A stretch of 64,000 nucleotides of DNA from Candidatus Parcubacteria bacterium (GCA_003599635.1 QZIX01000013.1:12679-76678), one strand, 5' to 3'. Shown: positions 8,262 to 17,178, counted from the stretch's first letter. Program-made: numbers and translations. Notes: generated from the sequence alone by a model not told the origin.

Positions 8262-8290
8262 AAATTAGCATTATTCCTTTTTACTGTCAA
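8262..8290 (-). promoter_or_regulatory. sigma70-like promoter (TTGACA-17-TAATTT), duplicate of the 7397-7425 module
   Basis: Minus strand TTGACA 8290-8285, 17 nt, TAATTT 8267-8262. Followed by the conserved leader TTTTTGCACCTTA...AACATT...AAAGGAGG. Confidence 0.55.
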
Positions 8291-8381
8291 GGTCTAAGAC
8301 ATAAACAAAAAAATTGCCCTAAATAGTTGGCAACATTTGATCTTACAAAATCGAATCCAGCCGCGGGAATATAAATTAAAA

Positions 8382-8455
<74 letters not shown>

Positions 8456-8506
8456 AAATGGTAAATATCTATAAATATTTCATTTTCCTATTGTATTAAC
8501 TGAGTT

Positions 8507-8535
8507 ATTTTAATATTTTGCAAATTAAATGTCAA
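8507..8535 (-). promoter_or_regulatory. promoter upstream of tRNA-Ala(GGC) (TTGACA-17-TAAAAT)
   Basis: Minus strand TTGACA 8535-8530, 17 nt, TAAAAT 8512-8507. About 50 nt upstream of the tRNA 5' end. Confidence 0.5.
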
Positions 8536-8545
8536 TTCAACCTAG

Positions 8546-8569
8546 AATTGTTTCACGTGAAACAATTTA
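8546..8569. promoter_or_regulatory. conserved palindromic motif, copy 2 (AATTGTTTCACGTGAAACAATT)
   Basis: 22-bp perfect palindrome at 8546-8567. The 21-mer 8549-8569 is identical to 6297-6317. Lies 10 nt upstream of the -35. Confidence 0.5.
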
Positions 8570-8707
8570 TAGCGTAATTAAATACTGCTATTAACATTTT
8601 TGGCTAACATCACAACTTTTTAAGTGTCCTACAATATTATGGCTAAACACGATTTTAGTCCATTTAACCCTTTTTGACTGCTTTCCAAAAACAAATCATT
8701 AAATCAA

Positions 8708-8780
8708 TGGAGATAGGGGGAATCGAACCCCCGACCTTCCGCATGCGAAGCGGACGCTCTGCCAACTGAGCTATATCCCC
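8708..8780 (-). tRNA. tRNA-Ala (anticodon CGC)
   Basis: Acceptor GGGGATA/TATCTCC with G3:U70, anticodon loop TT-CGC-AT, T-arm GGTTCGATTCC. No encoded CCA. Confidence 0.9.
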
Positions 8781-8912
8781 AAATAATGATTGTATTAAAC
8801 TGCCTCAAAGCTTAAATTGCTTTAGGTTTTGTATAACTTTATGAAATCTTAATGATTGAATTTTAACATACCAGGTAATTTCTCTTGAGGCCTGTTTTTC
8901 TGCCTTTACCTT

Positions 8913-8984
8913 CGCCCTCACGAGGAATTGAACCTCGATCTAAGGCTTAGGAGTCCTTTGTTCTATCCGTTGAACTATGAGGGC
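8913..8984 (-). tRNA. tRNA-Arg (anticodon CCU)
   Basis: Acceptor GCCCTCA/TGAGGGC, D-arm with GGATAG (A20), anticodon loop CT-CCT-AA (A31-G39 mismatch), T-arm GGTTCAATTCC. Confidence 0.8.
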
Positions 8985-9092
8985 AAAAGTAAAAGCAAAA
9001 ATGTCAGAAAAATCGATATTTTGGGCTATTCTATCAGATATCAGTAATTATCCAAAAATATGAACTTAACAGTTTTTAAACAATTTATACCC

Positions 9093-9121
9093 TTGACAAA
9101 TCACTGATTATTTTATATTAT
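9093..9121 (+). promoter_or_regulatory. sigma70-like promoter (TTGACA-17-TATTAT)
   Basis: TTGACA 9093-9098, TATTAT 9116-9121. ATG 9127 lies 6 nt after the -10, so the transcript may be leaderless. Confidence 0.55.
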
Positions 9122-9126
9122 ATAAT

Positions 9127-10098
9127 ATGATTTTACAATACCCTACATATTTAAGGATAAAAACCAGCCGGTTATTGGCCGAGTTTTTTAAGAATTTTAA
9201 TAAAAAAGGGATGATTCCAGTCAGACAAAAATATGATGCTTCCAAGATAAAATTACCCAGAAAGATTCTTGAAAAGATTAACCAGATTAAAAGCGGAAAC
9301 GGAAAGATTGTTAAGGAAGACAAGATTTATATGGCTGGAGCCGAACCTTTTTTTATCTATGCCTCGACTAAAATCGGGGTTTTATTGTTGCACGGATTTA
9401 CCTCAACACCGGCGCAGTTTTTGGAATTAGGGGATTATCTTGCCGGTAAAGGAATAACGGTTTACGCACCGTTGATAGCCGGCCATGGCACCAGCCCGGA
9501 TGATTTGTCGCAAAGCAGGGCGGAAGAATGGCTTGAATCCTGCCAAAAAGCTTTTGACGAACTGAAAAATAAAGTTGATAAAGTTTTTGTTTTGGGAAAT
9601 TCTTTTGGCGGCAATATTGCTTTTGAACTGTCATTAAAAAATCCGGAAAAAGTTTCCGGCGTGATTTCAATCGGCACGCCGGTATGGGTTAGAAAACATC
9701 ATTTTTTAAAACTGCAGGCTTTTTCTTACGGTTTTTTAAAAAAATACTGGAGAAAGCCGAAAAGATACTATCGTTCGGGTTTTGCGCATATCATTGACGA
9801 AATTACTTATTCAAAGGTTCCGGTCCGCGCTTGCCGGGAATTTTTCAAATTTATTTACAAAAGTTTCAGGTCATTTGATAAGGTTACGGCGCCGACTTTG
9901 ATTATTCAGGCGGAAATAGATCCGGTGGTAAACCCCAAAAGCGCTTTGCATATTCATGAATGCATCAGTTCGCAAAACAAAAAAATATGCTGGATTGACG
10001 GTTCCACATCGCATGCGCTTTCCGACGACAAAGACAGGGGACGGGTGTATAAAAAAATCTACAATTTTGTTCAGGAAGTGGCTAAAAATGAAAATTAG
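9127..10098 (+). CDS. alpha/beta hydrolase (carboxylesterase / monoacylglycerol-lipase-like)
   Basis: VLLLHGFTSTP and the nucleophile elbow GNSFGG. Overall resemblance to Est/YvaK-type esterases. Start uncertain: 9127 if leaderless, or 9331 (MAGAEPFF), which matches where homologs start. Confidence 0.8.
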   Translation: MILQYPTYLRIKTSRLLAEFFKNFNKKGMIPVRQKYDASKIKLPRKILEKINQIKSGNGKIVKEDKIYMAGAEPFFIYASTKIGVLLLHGFTSTPAQFLELGDYLAGKGITVYAPLIAGHGTSPDDLSQSRAEEWLESCQKAFDELKNKVDKVFVLGNSFGGNIAFELSLKNPEKVSGVISIGTPVWVRKHHFLKLQAFSYGFLKKYWRKPKRYYRSGFAHIIDEITYSKVPVRACREFFKFIYKSFRSFDKVTAPTLIIQAEIDPVVNPKSALHIHECISSQNKKICWIDGSTSHALSDDKDRGRVYKKIYNFVQEVAKNEN

Positions 10099-10149
10099 TT
10101 GTTGATATAAAAAGAAAGCCGCTGATAAAATCAGTCGGCTTTTTTGTTT

Positions 10150-10944
10150 TTAAAAATTAAAAATGAGTCGGCAGTTTAAAGATGAATTTACTTCATCTCT
10201 GTCATCGTCGGTTCGGGTAAGAGGAATTAAAACCGTGATTCCGGGCGCCTGCAGTTGAATGTCTTCGGCTATTTTCCAGATTATTCCTCCGGTGTAACGC
10301 AGGAAAACGCCGTCATAGGAGTTATTGGCGCGTTTGAAACCGTCATTCCAGTTAATCATGAAATTATTTTTTAATTCCAAACCGGCCAAAATAGGCAGAT
10401 CGCCGAACGGCTGATTCACAAAATAGCCGATGTTCGGCCTTAAAGCCAGGCAACCGTCAGAAAAATCAGCAGCTGGGGACAGCCATTCTATTACCGCTTG
10501 CGCTTTAAGCGATTGTTTTTCTGAAAGCTTAATCTGTTTGGTTAATTCCAATGTTTGCGCCCAATTATCATCTTTCCAAAATGTTTCGACAGGATAAAGG
10601 TCAAGCAGCGTTGTCGATATTTTGGCCTCTAAACCATATGCTTGTGCCTTTAAACCCGCCGTGATGTCAATTTCTTGGCCGCAATTGTTAGCTTCATCAG
10701 ATAATTCTGCGCTTGACCAGATATTGAAGAAAAAATTTGGGAATTCCAGCCGCAGATTTGTCCATTGCATAGGGCCGTTATGGATTAAACGGTTTGTTCT
10801 CAGCGTCAGATATCGCTCTTCATAGCCGGTTTCAATTGAACCGCTGTAAAATTTTTGCGGTTCCTTTGTTGCAATTTCTTCGGCAAATGCAGCTGACGCT
10901 GAAACTGAAATCATTACCAATATCATCAATTTAATGACTCTCAT
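10150..10944 (-). CDS. secreted beta-barrel-like protein (Gcw_chp/porin-like), C-terminal Phe
   Basis: GGGAGG lies 5 nt upstream of ATG 10944. Signal MRVIKLMILVMISVSASAAFA. Alternating hydrophobic pattern, ends ...RLIFNF. Motifs IWSSAE and QEIDITAGL recall the Gcw_chp family (from memory). Confidence 0.5.
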   Translation of the reverse strand: MRVIKLMILVMISVSASAAFAEEIATKEPQKFYSGSIETGYEERYLTLRTNRLIHNGPMQWTNLRLEFPNFFFNIWSSAELSDEANNCGQEIDITAGLKAQAYGLEAKISTTLLDLYPVETFWKDDNWAQTLELTKQIKLSEKQSLKAQAVIEWLSPAADFSDGCLALRPNIGYFVNQPFGDLPILAGLELKNNFMINWNDGFKRANNSYDGVFLRYTGGIIWKIAEDIQLQAPGITVLIPLTRTDDDRDEVNSSLNCRLIFNF

Positions 10945-11722
10945 CTGATCCTCCCTTTCCAATATTTTCATCGAGAAACGGCTCTTCTGATTTCCTGTCT
11001 GAATATCTCCAATGTTCCTCCGAACTCAGCCCCTTTCCTTTTGTTACTTTACCGGCGACAATAATTTTTGTGCTGCCGGTGCAGATATTGGAACAAATCT
11101 GCCCAAGCGGTACAAACGGTGTGCAATAAGCGTGAGTTCGCTTATCGATAAAACCTTCCCGACAATAAGCCGTAACTGGTCGCAGAAGAAATATGGGTCT
11201 CTCTGATTTAGGGACTGGAATTACCCTTATTAACCGATACTCTACCCAAGCCATGGCCTCAGCAATTCGCGGTGTATTAAGTAATTTCGAATTTTCCAAA
11301 GTGACACCGCTAGCCTTGATTTTGTCATTGCCTTCTTTGTATCTGCCGTCGGAAAGAATATACATCATTTCGGCGCTTTCCTGCGTGGGTGGGAAAAAGT
11401 TTGCCACCGTTTCTCCCGTTTCGATTAAATTACGGTAGGTTTTCCTCGATGGCGAAATTGAAACCAAGTGCACAGGCGGACCTGCTTTTTCAAAAGGCCC
11501 GCTATGATTCGGCGGCCTTTTGCCCTGCAAGGTCAAAGTCGACATCGGCGCTCCGTCGTAATCGACATCAGATCGGTATGTCAGCCCAGGCATTTTGCAA
11601 AAATATTCGCCTTGGCACCGCGTTCCTGTAAGATGAATGGTAGTTAAGACTGCAATCGGCCTTGGGAAAAGATGGAAAGATTTATGCAAGGGGACATCGA
11701 CCAAATTTTTTTCAGAACTCAT
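10931..11722 (-). CDS. flavin reductase-like (FMN-binding split-barrel) domain protein
   Basis: AAAGGAG RBS before ATG 11722. LFPRPIAVLTT and ISPSRKTYRNLIETGETVANF match the flavin reductase domain, with a roughly 55-aa insertion. 14-nt overlap with the downstream gene. Confidence 0.6.
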   Translation of the reverse strand: MSSEKNLVDVPLHKSFHLFPRPIAVLTTIHLTGTRCQGEYFCKMPGLTYRSDVDYDGAPMSTLTLQGKRPPNHSGPFEKAGPPVHLVSISPSRKTYRNLIETGETVANFFPPTQESAEMMYILSDGRYKEGNDKIKASGVTLENSKLLNTPRIAEAMAWVEYRLIRVIPVPKSERPIFLLRPVTAYCREGFIDKRTHAYCTPFVPLGQICSNICTGSTKIIVAGKVTKGKGLSSEEHWRYSDRKSEEPFLDENIGKGGSDESH

Positions 11723-11772
11723 TTTAATTCTCCTTTCAAGTTCATCTACTCGTTTTTCAAAGTGAACGCTTA

Positions 11773-11834
11773 AAATTAACACGGTGATTATATATTGTCA
11801 ATCTGTTGACGAAAACCGACAAATATGATAAAAA
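11773..11834. promoter_or_regulatory. back-to-back divergent promoters
   Basis: Minus strand: TTGACA 11801-11796, 17 nt, TAATTT 11778-11773. Plus strand: TTGACG 11806-11811, 17 nt, TG-n-TAAAAA 11826-11834. The two -35 boxes form GTCAA-TCTG-TTGAC. Confidence 0.45.
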
Positions 11835-11850
11835 TAAAATAAGTTCTATT

Positions 11851-12654
11851 ATGCTTCAAGATATTTTAAAAAATTTAAATGTTCCGGAAACCGCAAGCCG
11901 TATCTACCTGCGTCTGCTTGAGACGGGTATATCGTCGGCCCGGCAGCTTGCTGAAAATTTAAACCTGCCGCGGCCGTCGGTTTATGACAATCTGAAAATT
12001 TTAATTAATCTGGGGCTGGTTACGGAAATTGATCAGGAAAACAAAAAGTTATTTCGTGTCGATGATGTTAAAAACATCTCACATCTGGTGCAGGAACGCA
12101 TATCTGACCTACAAAAGCAGAAGAGCAAGCTAAAGGAGGTTATTCCGAAATTAAAAGCGCAGGCAGATTTTTTGGAACCTAAAATAAAATTTTACAGCGG
12201 TCAGGAAGGAGTGCGCCGCGCAATAAATGACATCTTGTGGTACGAAAATATCAACACTTTATGCATTTGGCCTATTTCGGAAATGATAGATATGCTGGGA
12301 ACGGAATGGCTGGCTGAACATAACAGAAAAAGAATCCGCAAGAAAATATATTTGCAGACGATTTGGCCCCAGGATAAGGCAGTAAAATTCAAACAATATC
12401 CTTTTTTGGGGGTGACCTCAGGTTTTCTAAGAAAAATCAGGCTGGCTCCAGAAGGTATGACCTGGAATATGGGCTACTGGCTTTACGCAGACAAAGTCGC
12501 TTTTATTTCTTCCAGAAAAGAAAGCTTTGGTTTTACGGTTCACAGCCGCGATTTTGCCGAACTGATTAAGTCGCAGTTCGAACTTGTCTGGCCGCTATGT
12601 AAAAAAATTAAAGTTAATTCAAAAGACACGGATGCATTTTTAAAAACAGTCTAA
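11851..12654 (+). CDS. TrmB-family transcriptional regulator
   Basis: N-terminal wHTH ASRIYLRLLETGISSARQLAENLNLPRPSVYDNLKILINLGLV. First ATG of the TTG-initiated ORF. Confidence 0.75.
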   Translation: MLQDILKNLNVPETASRIYLRLLETGISSARQLAENLNLPRPSVYDNLKILINLGLVTEIDQENKKLFRVDDVKNISHLVQERISDLQKQKSKLKEVIPKLKAQADFLEPKIKFYSGQEGVRRAINDILWYENINTLCIWPISEMIDMLGTEWLAEHNRKRIRKKIYLQTIWPQDKAVKFKQYPFLGVTSGFLRKIRLAPEGMTWNMGYWLYADKVAFISSRKESFGFTVHSRDFAELIKSQFELVWPLCKKIKVNSKDTDAFLKTV

Positions 12655-12709
12655 AAATCAGATTTTTATTTGTATTCATCCGTTTTATTTCATATAATTA
12701 CTGCAAAAT

Positions 12710-14446
12710 ATGGCGCAAACGTTAATCGACCAATTTTTGGAAACAGCGGAAAAATTTGCTGCAAAACCGGCCTTAAAATTCAAGCAGGATGGTGTTTGGT
12801 TTACGCTTAATTTCGGAGAAGTAAACGAGAAGGTCAGACAATTTGCCTGCGGCTTAAAGGGACTCGGCTGCCGGCCAAACGACAAAGTGGCGATTCTTTC
12901 GCCGAATTGCCCGCAATGGGTAATTGCCGATCTTGCCTCCATGGCAATAGGCGCTGTCACTGTTCCAGTACATACGACTTTGAGTCCTAAACTTACAGCT
13001 CATATATTGAAAGATTCAGAAAGCAAATTCTTGGTTATCTCAACGAACGAGCAGTTAGAGGAAGTTATGCTGCATATAAATGAATTGTCGCATCTGGAAA
13101 CAATTATTTATTTCAATATTGTACAAATCGGTGAATTAAAAGTTCCGGTAAAAATAATTTCATTTGACGAACTTATAAGTTCGGGTCAAAAAAATATTTC
13201 TGGCTGCGATTTTAAGCCTGCGCAAGAGGATATTGCCAGCATTATTTACACATCCGGCACAACCGGTCTTCCGAAAGGGGTCATGCTTTCTCACAAAAAT
13301 TTTCTTTCTAATGCTAAAGCCGCCTTGGCGCATGTTCCGGTTTTTCAAGACGACCTTTTATTGTCGTTTTTGCCGCTCTCGCATGTGTTGGAAAGAACAG
13401 CGGGGTATTACGCGCCTTTCGTCTGCTGCGGCGCCTGCATCGCTTATGCCCAAAGCGCCAAAACCCTGGTTGATGATCTAAAGGAAGTCAGACCGACAAT
13501 TCTGATTTCTGTTCCCAGAATTTTTGAACGCGTTCACAAAAAAATCTGGGAAAAGGCCATGGCCGGAAGCAAATTGAAGAAAAAACTTTTTTTGACCGCT
13601 TTAAAGCAAAAGAAGGGAACGTTTTTATATAAATTTTTCGACATTTTGGTATTTAAAAAAATCCGCGCCGCATTCGGAGGAAAATTCCGTTTAACCATTT
13701 CCGGCGGCGCCAGCCTCAATGCGCAATTGGCGAAATTTTTTGACAAAGTGGGAATTTTGATAATAGAGGGCTACGGCTTGACCGAAACTTCGCCGGTAAT
13801 TTCCACCAACCTTCCCAATAAGATAAAATTTGGCTCTGTCGGCAAAACTGTGCCCGGCGTAAAAGTAAAAATTGTCGCTGACAAAGAAATTCTTGTGCAG
13901 GGACCGAATGTTATGAAAGGATATTTTAAAAATGACGCGGCCGCCAAAGAAGCTATCGATGAAGCCGGCTGGTTTCATACCGGCGACCTGGGCTTTGTCG
14001 ACGGCGACGGTTACCTTACCATTATCGGCAGGAAAAAAGAAATGATAGTGCTTGCCAACGGCAAAAACGTCTGGCCCGAACCGATTGAAAATATGCTTAA
14101 TGACGACAGATATTTTTTGCAGACCGTAATTTTTGGCAACAGCAGAAATTTCATAATTTGCCTTATTGTCCCGAACTGGGAAGAAGTTTGCGCTTATGCA
14201 AAGATAAACTCAATTGCATCGCATTTGCCGCAGGACTTGATTAATGATGAAAAAATAGTAAAATTATTTAAAGAAAGACTGGATATGATCTGCTGCCATT
14301 TGTCAGACTGGGAAAAACCGAAACGGTTTGTTTTATTGGAACGGGAACTGACTCAGGAAAATGACGAACTGACGCCGACTTTGAAATTAAGGAGAAAAAC
14401 CATCGAAAATAATTTTCAAAAACATATAGCGCAAATCTACCAGTAA
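12710..14446 (+). CDS. AMP-dependent long-chain acyl-CoA synthetase/ligase
   Basis: YTSGTTGLPKGV AMP-binding motif, GYGLTETS, TGDLG. 578 aa. Confidence 0.85.
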   Translation: MAQTLIDQFLETAEKFAAKPALKFKQDGVWFTLNFGEVNEKVRQFACGLKGLGCRPNDKVAILSPNCPQWVIADLASMAIGAVTVPVHTTLSPKLTAHILKDSESKFLVISTNEQLEEVMLHINELSHLETIIYFNIVQIGELKVPVKIISFDELISSGQKNISGCDFKPAQEDIASIIYTSGTTGLPKGVMLSHKNFLSNAKAALAHVPVFQDDLLLSFLPLSHVLERTAGYYAPFVCCGACIAYAQSAKTLVDDLKEVRPTILISVPRIFERVHKKIWEKAMAGSKLKKKLFLTALKQKKGTFLYKFFDILVFKKIRAAFGGKFRLTISGGASLNAQLAKFFDKVGILIIEGYGLTETSPVISTNLPNKIKFGSVGKTVPGVKVKIVADKEILVQGPNVMKGYFKNDAAAKEAIDEAGWFHTGDLGFVDGDGYLTIIGRKKEMIVLANGKNVWPEPIENMLNDDRYFLQTVIFGNSRNFIICLIVPNWEEVCAYAKINSIASHLPQDLINDEKIVKLFKERLDMICCHLSDWEKPKRFVLLERELTQENDELTPTLKLRRKTIENNFQKHIAQIYQ

Positions 14447-14469
14447 GTATGGTAGCAAGGAGAGCAGAA

Positions 14470-14649
14470 ATGAACTGCCAAAATTGCCAAGAACCAGTAA
14501 GTAAGTGTAGATGCAAACCTTGTCCGAAATGCGGAGGAAACAAGAAACTGCTTGTTCATGAAAAAGTAAACGGTATGGAAAAATTAACGGACATAAAACC
14601 GTGTCCTGTTTGCGGAAATGCAGATTCCTCCTTCGTCAAGGTAGCCTGA
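14470..14649 (+). CDS. small Cys-rich zinc-finger protein (DnaJ-type CxxCxG knuckles)
   Basis: AGGAG lies 7 nt upstream of ATG 14470. CQNC, CPKCGG, CPVCGN. 59 aa. Followed by a strong terminator. Confidence 0.5.
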   Translation: MNCQNCQEPVSKCRCKPCPKCGGNKKLLVHEKVNGMEKLTDIKPCPVCGNADSSFVKVA

Positions 14650-14657
14650 GCTATTTC

Positions 14658-14694
14658 ACCTGCGGCCAGAAAACAACGGCTGCAGGTTTTTTAT
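14658..14694 (+). terminator. rho-independent terminator
   Basis: Stem ACCTGCGGCC/GGCTGCAGGT (one mismatch) followed by T6. Confidence 0.8.
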
Positions 14695-14815
14695 TTTAAA
14701 AAATTTGGTACTGATATTGTTTTTGATTAAGCGGCAGATGTAACAAAAAGCAGACAATTTACGTCTAATTATAGTAAGCGGCAGATGCTTTGGCCGCTTT
14801 CTTTGGTCTAAAAAT

Positions 14816-16555
14816 ATGAGATTCAAACAGGAAGCCCAATTAATTTGGAAATATCTAAAGCCGCAGAAAAAAATGGTTTATTTTTTATCTTTGGTTGTTA
14901 TTGTCAACGCCTTGATTAACGCTTTTATTCCTTATCTTTACGGCAAGCTCGTAGACCAGGCAATTGCCGGTACTGGAATTATGGTTTTAGGAGTCGGTCT
15001 TTTATCCTGGTTAGTCCTTTCCCTGGTAGCGGCATTTTTGTCATTGGTGGAAATTAAAAATTCCGATATTTTAAGCGTCAAGGTAAACCGGAATTTTTTG
15101 GAAGAATTTATCGAACATTTTCTCAATCTGCCTCTTTCTTTCCATCGCAACCAAAAAATATTCAAAATAATCGGCCGGGCCGAACGAGCCGGCTCAGGAC
15201 TGGAAAGGATAGTTGAAGATGTCGTTTTTTCCACTCTGCCGGGCTTTCTAACGGTTATCGTGGCGCTGTTAATTCTGACATTTATCAGTCCTTACCTTTC
15301 TTTATTTTTATTTTTCGTTTTACTCGTCTACGGCATGGTTACTATCTGGAAAACAGGACCGATAATCGAAGAAAGCCGCAAACTGCATTGGCTCTATGAC
15401 GAGGCCTACAGCGATTATTATGAAATTTTGGAAAACGTTTCCGTGGTCAAAAGTTTCACTGCCGAAGAACAGTCCCAAAACAAACTGAAAGCCCGGTTTA
15501 GCAACGTAATTTACGGCCGTCTGTCGAATGTTCTTGCCTGGACCAATCTTTCCGGCTGGCAGCAGACAATTTTTTCTTTCGGTTTTGTCAGTTTATTCGG
15601 ATTCGGGCTTTATCTGTTAAAGCAGGAAGTGATTTCAGCCGGCAGCTTGGTTACTTTTGTCGGCTATATCGCTTTGGTTTATAGGCCGTTTGGCGAACTG
15701 GCCAATAATTACCGCAATATCAGACGCAATATGGCGATACTGGAAAAATCCATCAAGCTTTTTGATATTAAAACCGAGAACCAGGAACGGGGAAAAATTC
15801 TGATAAAACTTTCCGAAGTCAGAGGCGAAGTTGAATTCAGAAACGTCAATTTTTCTTATCCCGGCAAAAATCAGCCACAGGTGCTTTTTGACATTAATTT
15901 CAAAATTGAACCGGGAACAGTAGTGGCTTTAGTCGGTGAATCGGGAGTAGGCAAATCTACTTTAGTTGATTTGATTTCGGGATATTATCTGCCCGGGCAG
16001 GGACAGGTTTTAATCGACGGTTTTGACACCAGAGAAATTGACGTTCATTCGCTGCGAAAGCATCTGGCCGTGGTGCCGCAGGAAGTTTTTTTGTTTCATG
16101 AAACGCTTTACTATAATCTGAATTTCGGATCAGGGACTTTTTCCCATCAGGAAATAGAAAATGCGGCCAAAGCGGCCTATGCCGACAGTTTTATTTCTTT
16201 TTTTCCGGAAAATTACAATTCCAAAGTCGGCGAACGCGGCGTTAAACTTTCAGTCGGCCAAAAGCAGAGAATTGCCATTGCCAGGGCCATTTTAAGAAGC
16301 CCGAAGATTTTAATTCTTGACGAAGCCACCTCTTCCCTGGATTCAATCACCGAACATCTGGTGCAAAGCGCCTTAAAGCAGCTGATTTTTGGAAGGACCA
16401 CGTTTATTATCGCCCACCGCCTGTCAACCATCACTCACGCTGATATAATTTTTGTACTTTCAGCAGGCAGAATTCTGGAAAAAGGCCGTCACGAAGAACT
16501 GCTGGAAATACCGGATGGTATCTATAAAAAGCTGTTTGAAGCCCAGAAATTTTGA
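14816..16555 (+). CDS. ABC exporter, fused permease/ATPase (MsbA-like)
   Basis: Six-TM N-terminal half, Walker A GESGVGKST, signature LSVGQKQR, Walker B ILILDEATS. Confidence 0.9.
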   Translation: MRFKQEAQLIWKYLKPQKKMVYFLSLVVIVNALINAFIPYLYGKLVDQAIAGTGIMVLGVGLLSWLVLSLVAAFLSLVEIKNSDILSVKVNRNFLEEFIEHFLNLPLSFHRNQKIFKIIGRAERAGSGLERIVEDVVFSTLPGFLTVIVALLILTFISPYLSLFLFFVLLVYGMVTIWKTGPIIEESRKLHWLYDEAYSDYYEILENVSVVKSFTAEEQSQNKLKARFSNVIYGRLSNVLAWTNLSGWQQTIFSFGFVSLFGFGLYLLKQEVISAGSLVTFVGYIALVYRPFGELANNYRNIRRNMAILEKSIKLFDIKTENQERGKILIKLSEVRGEVEFRNVNFSYPGKNQPQVLFDINFKIEPGTVVALVGESGVGKSTLVDLISGYYLPGQGQVLIDGFDTREIDVHSLRKHLAVVPQEVFLFHETLYYNLNFGSGTFSHQEIENAAKAAYADSFISFFPENYNSKVGERGVKLSVGQKQRIAIARAILRSPKILILDEATSSLDSITEHLVQSALKQLIFGRTTFIIAHRLSTITHADIIFVLSAGRILEKGRHEELLEIPDGIYKKLFEAQKF

Positions 16556-16614
16556 TAACTGCCATACCCTGATTTTTTTGTTTATGATATAATAAATTAC
16601 AGGGGGTGATGAAA

Positions 16615-17103
16615 ATGCGCTGTTTGAAAATCGTATTTTTGATGCTTTTGGGAATTTTTATCCTCAAGCCGGCAGAAGCACAGGAAATTGACATTTTCGT
16701 TTTCCAAACCAAAACCGATGACATGCAATATTCTGAACGGAAAAATGATTTTAACGCACAGCTGCCGGAAAATTTCACTGTTTTGCCGACCATTGCATTA
16801 CTTAAGGAAGCGCCGACACCCGAGGAAGAAGAAAGAACAGCAAAAAAAAGATTAAAAAAACTGGTTTCTGACTCATTGGAACACTTGATGAAAAGAAATG
16901 GTCTGGAAAAAGAGTTAAGAACGCTTAAAAAAATAGAAAGTCCGGTGGATGTGCGTCTGCCGACAGATTCGGGGGTGACAGTTCATTTGTCCGGGAGGTT
17001 TGACATCAAATGGTTTGAACGTGGGAATATCGCCTTCCGTAGCAGCGGAGAAATAAAGGAAGACAGCTACAAAATCTGGACCGGAATGACGATTACATTT
17101 TAA
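16615..17103 (+). CDS. secreted hypothetical protein
   Basis: AGGGGG lies 8 nt upstream of ATG 16615. Signal MRCLKIVFLMLLGIFILKPAEA. TGATATAAT extended -10 at 16584-16592. Confidence 0.6.
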   Translation: MRCLKIVFLMLLGIFILKPAEAQEIDIFVFQTKTDDMQYSERKNDFNAQLPENFTVLPTIALLKEAPTPEEEERTAKKRLKKLVSDSLEHLMKRNGLEKELRTLKKIESPVDVRLPTDSGVTVHLSGRFDIKWFERGNIAFRSSGEIKEDSYKIWTGMTITF

Positions 17104-17105
17104 CG

Positions 17106-17140
17106 ATTAGCCGTAATTTTTACGGCTAATTTTTTATTTT
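17106..17140 (+). terminator. rho-independent terminator
   Basis: 11-bp stem ATTAGCCGTAA/TTACGGCTAAT plus a T run. Confidence 0.85.
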
Positions 17141-17149
17141 AAACAGATG

Positions 17150-17178
17150 TTGATTAAGCGGCTTAAATAAATTATAAT
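17150..17178 (+). promoter_or_regulatory. sigma70-like promoter (TTGATT-17-TATAAT)
   Basis: TTGATT 17150-17155, TATAAT 17173-17178. The -35 region shares the 13-mer TTGATTAAGCGGC with 14723-14735. Confidence 0.6.

Noticed and set aside
9108-9323. 71-aa minus-strand ORF
   Set aside because: It overlaps the plus-strand promoter and the 5' part of the hydrolase ORF. It has no RBS, and its hydrophobic, low-complexity translation comes from AT-rich sequence.
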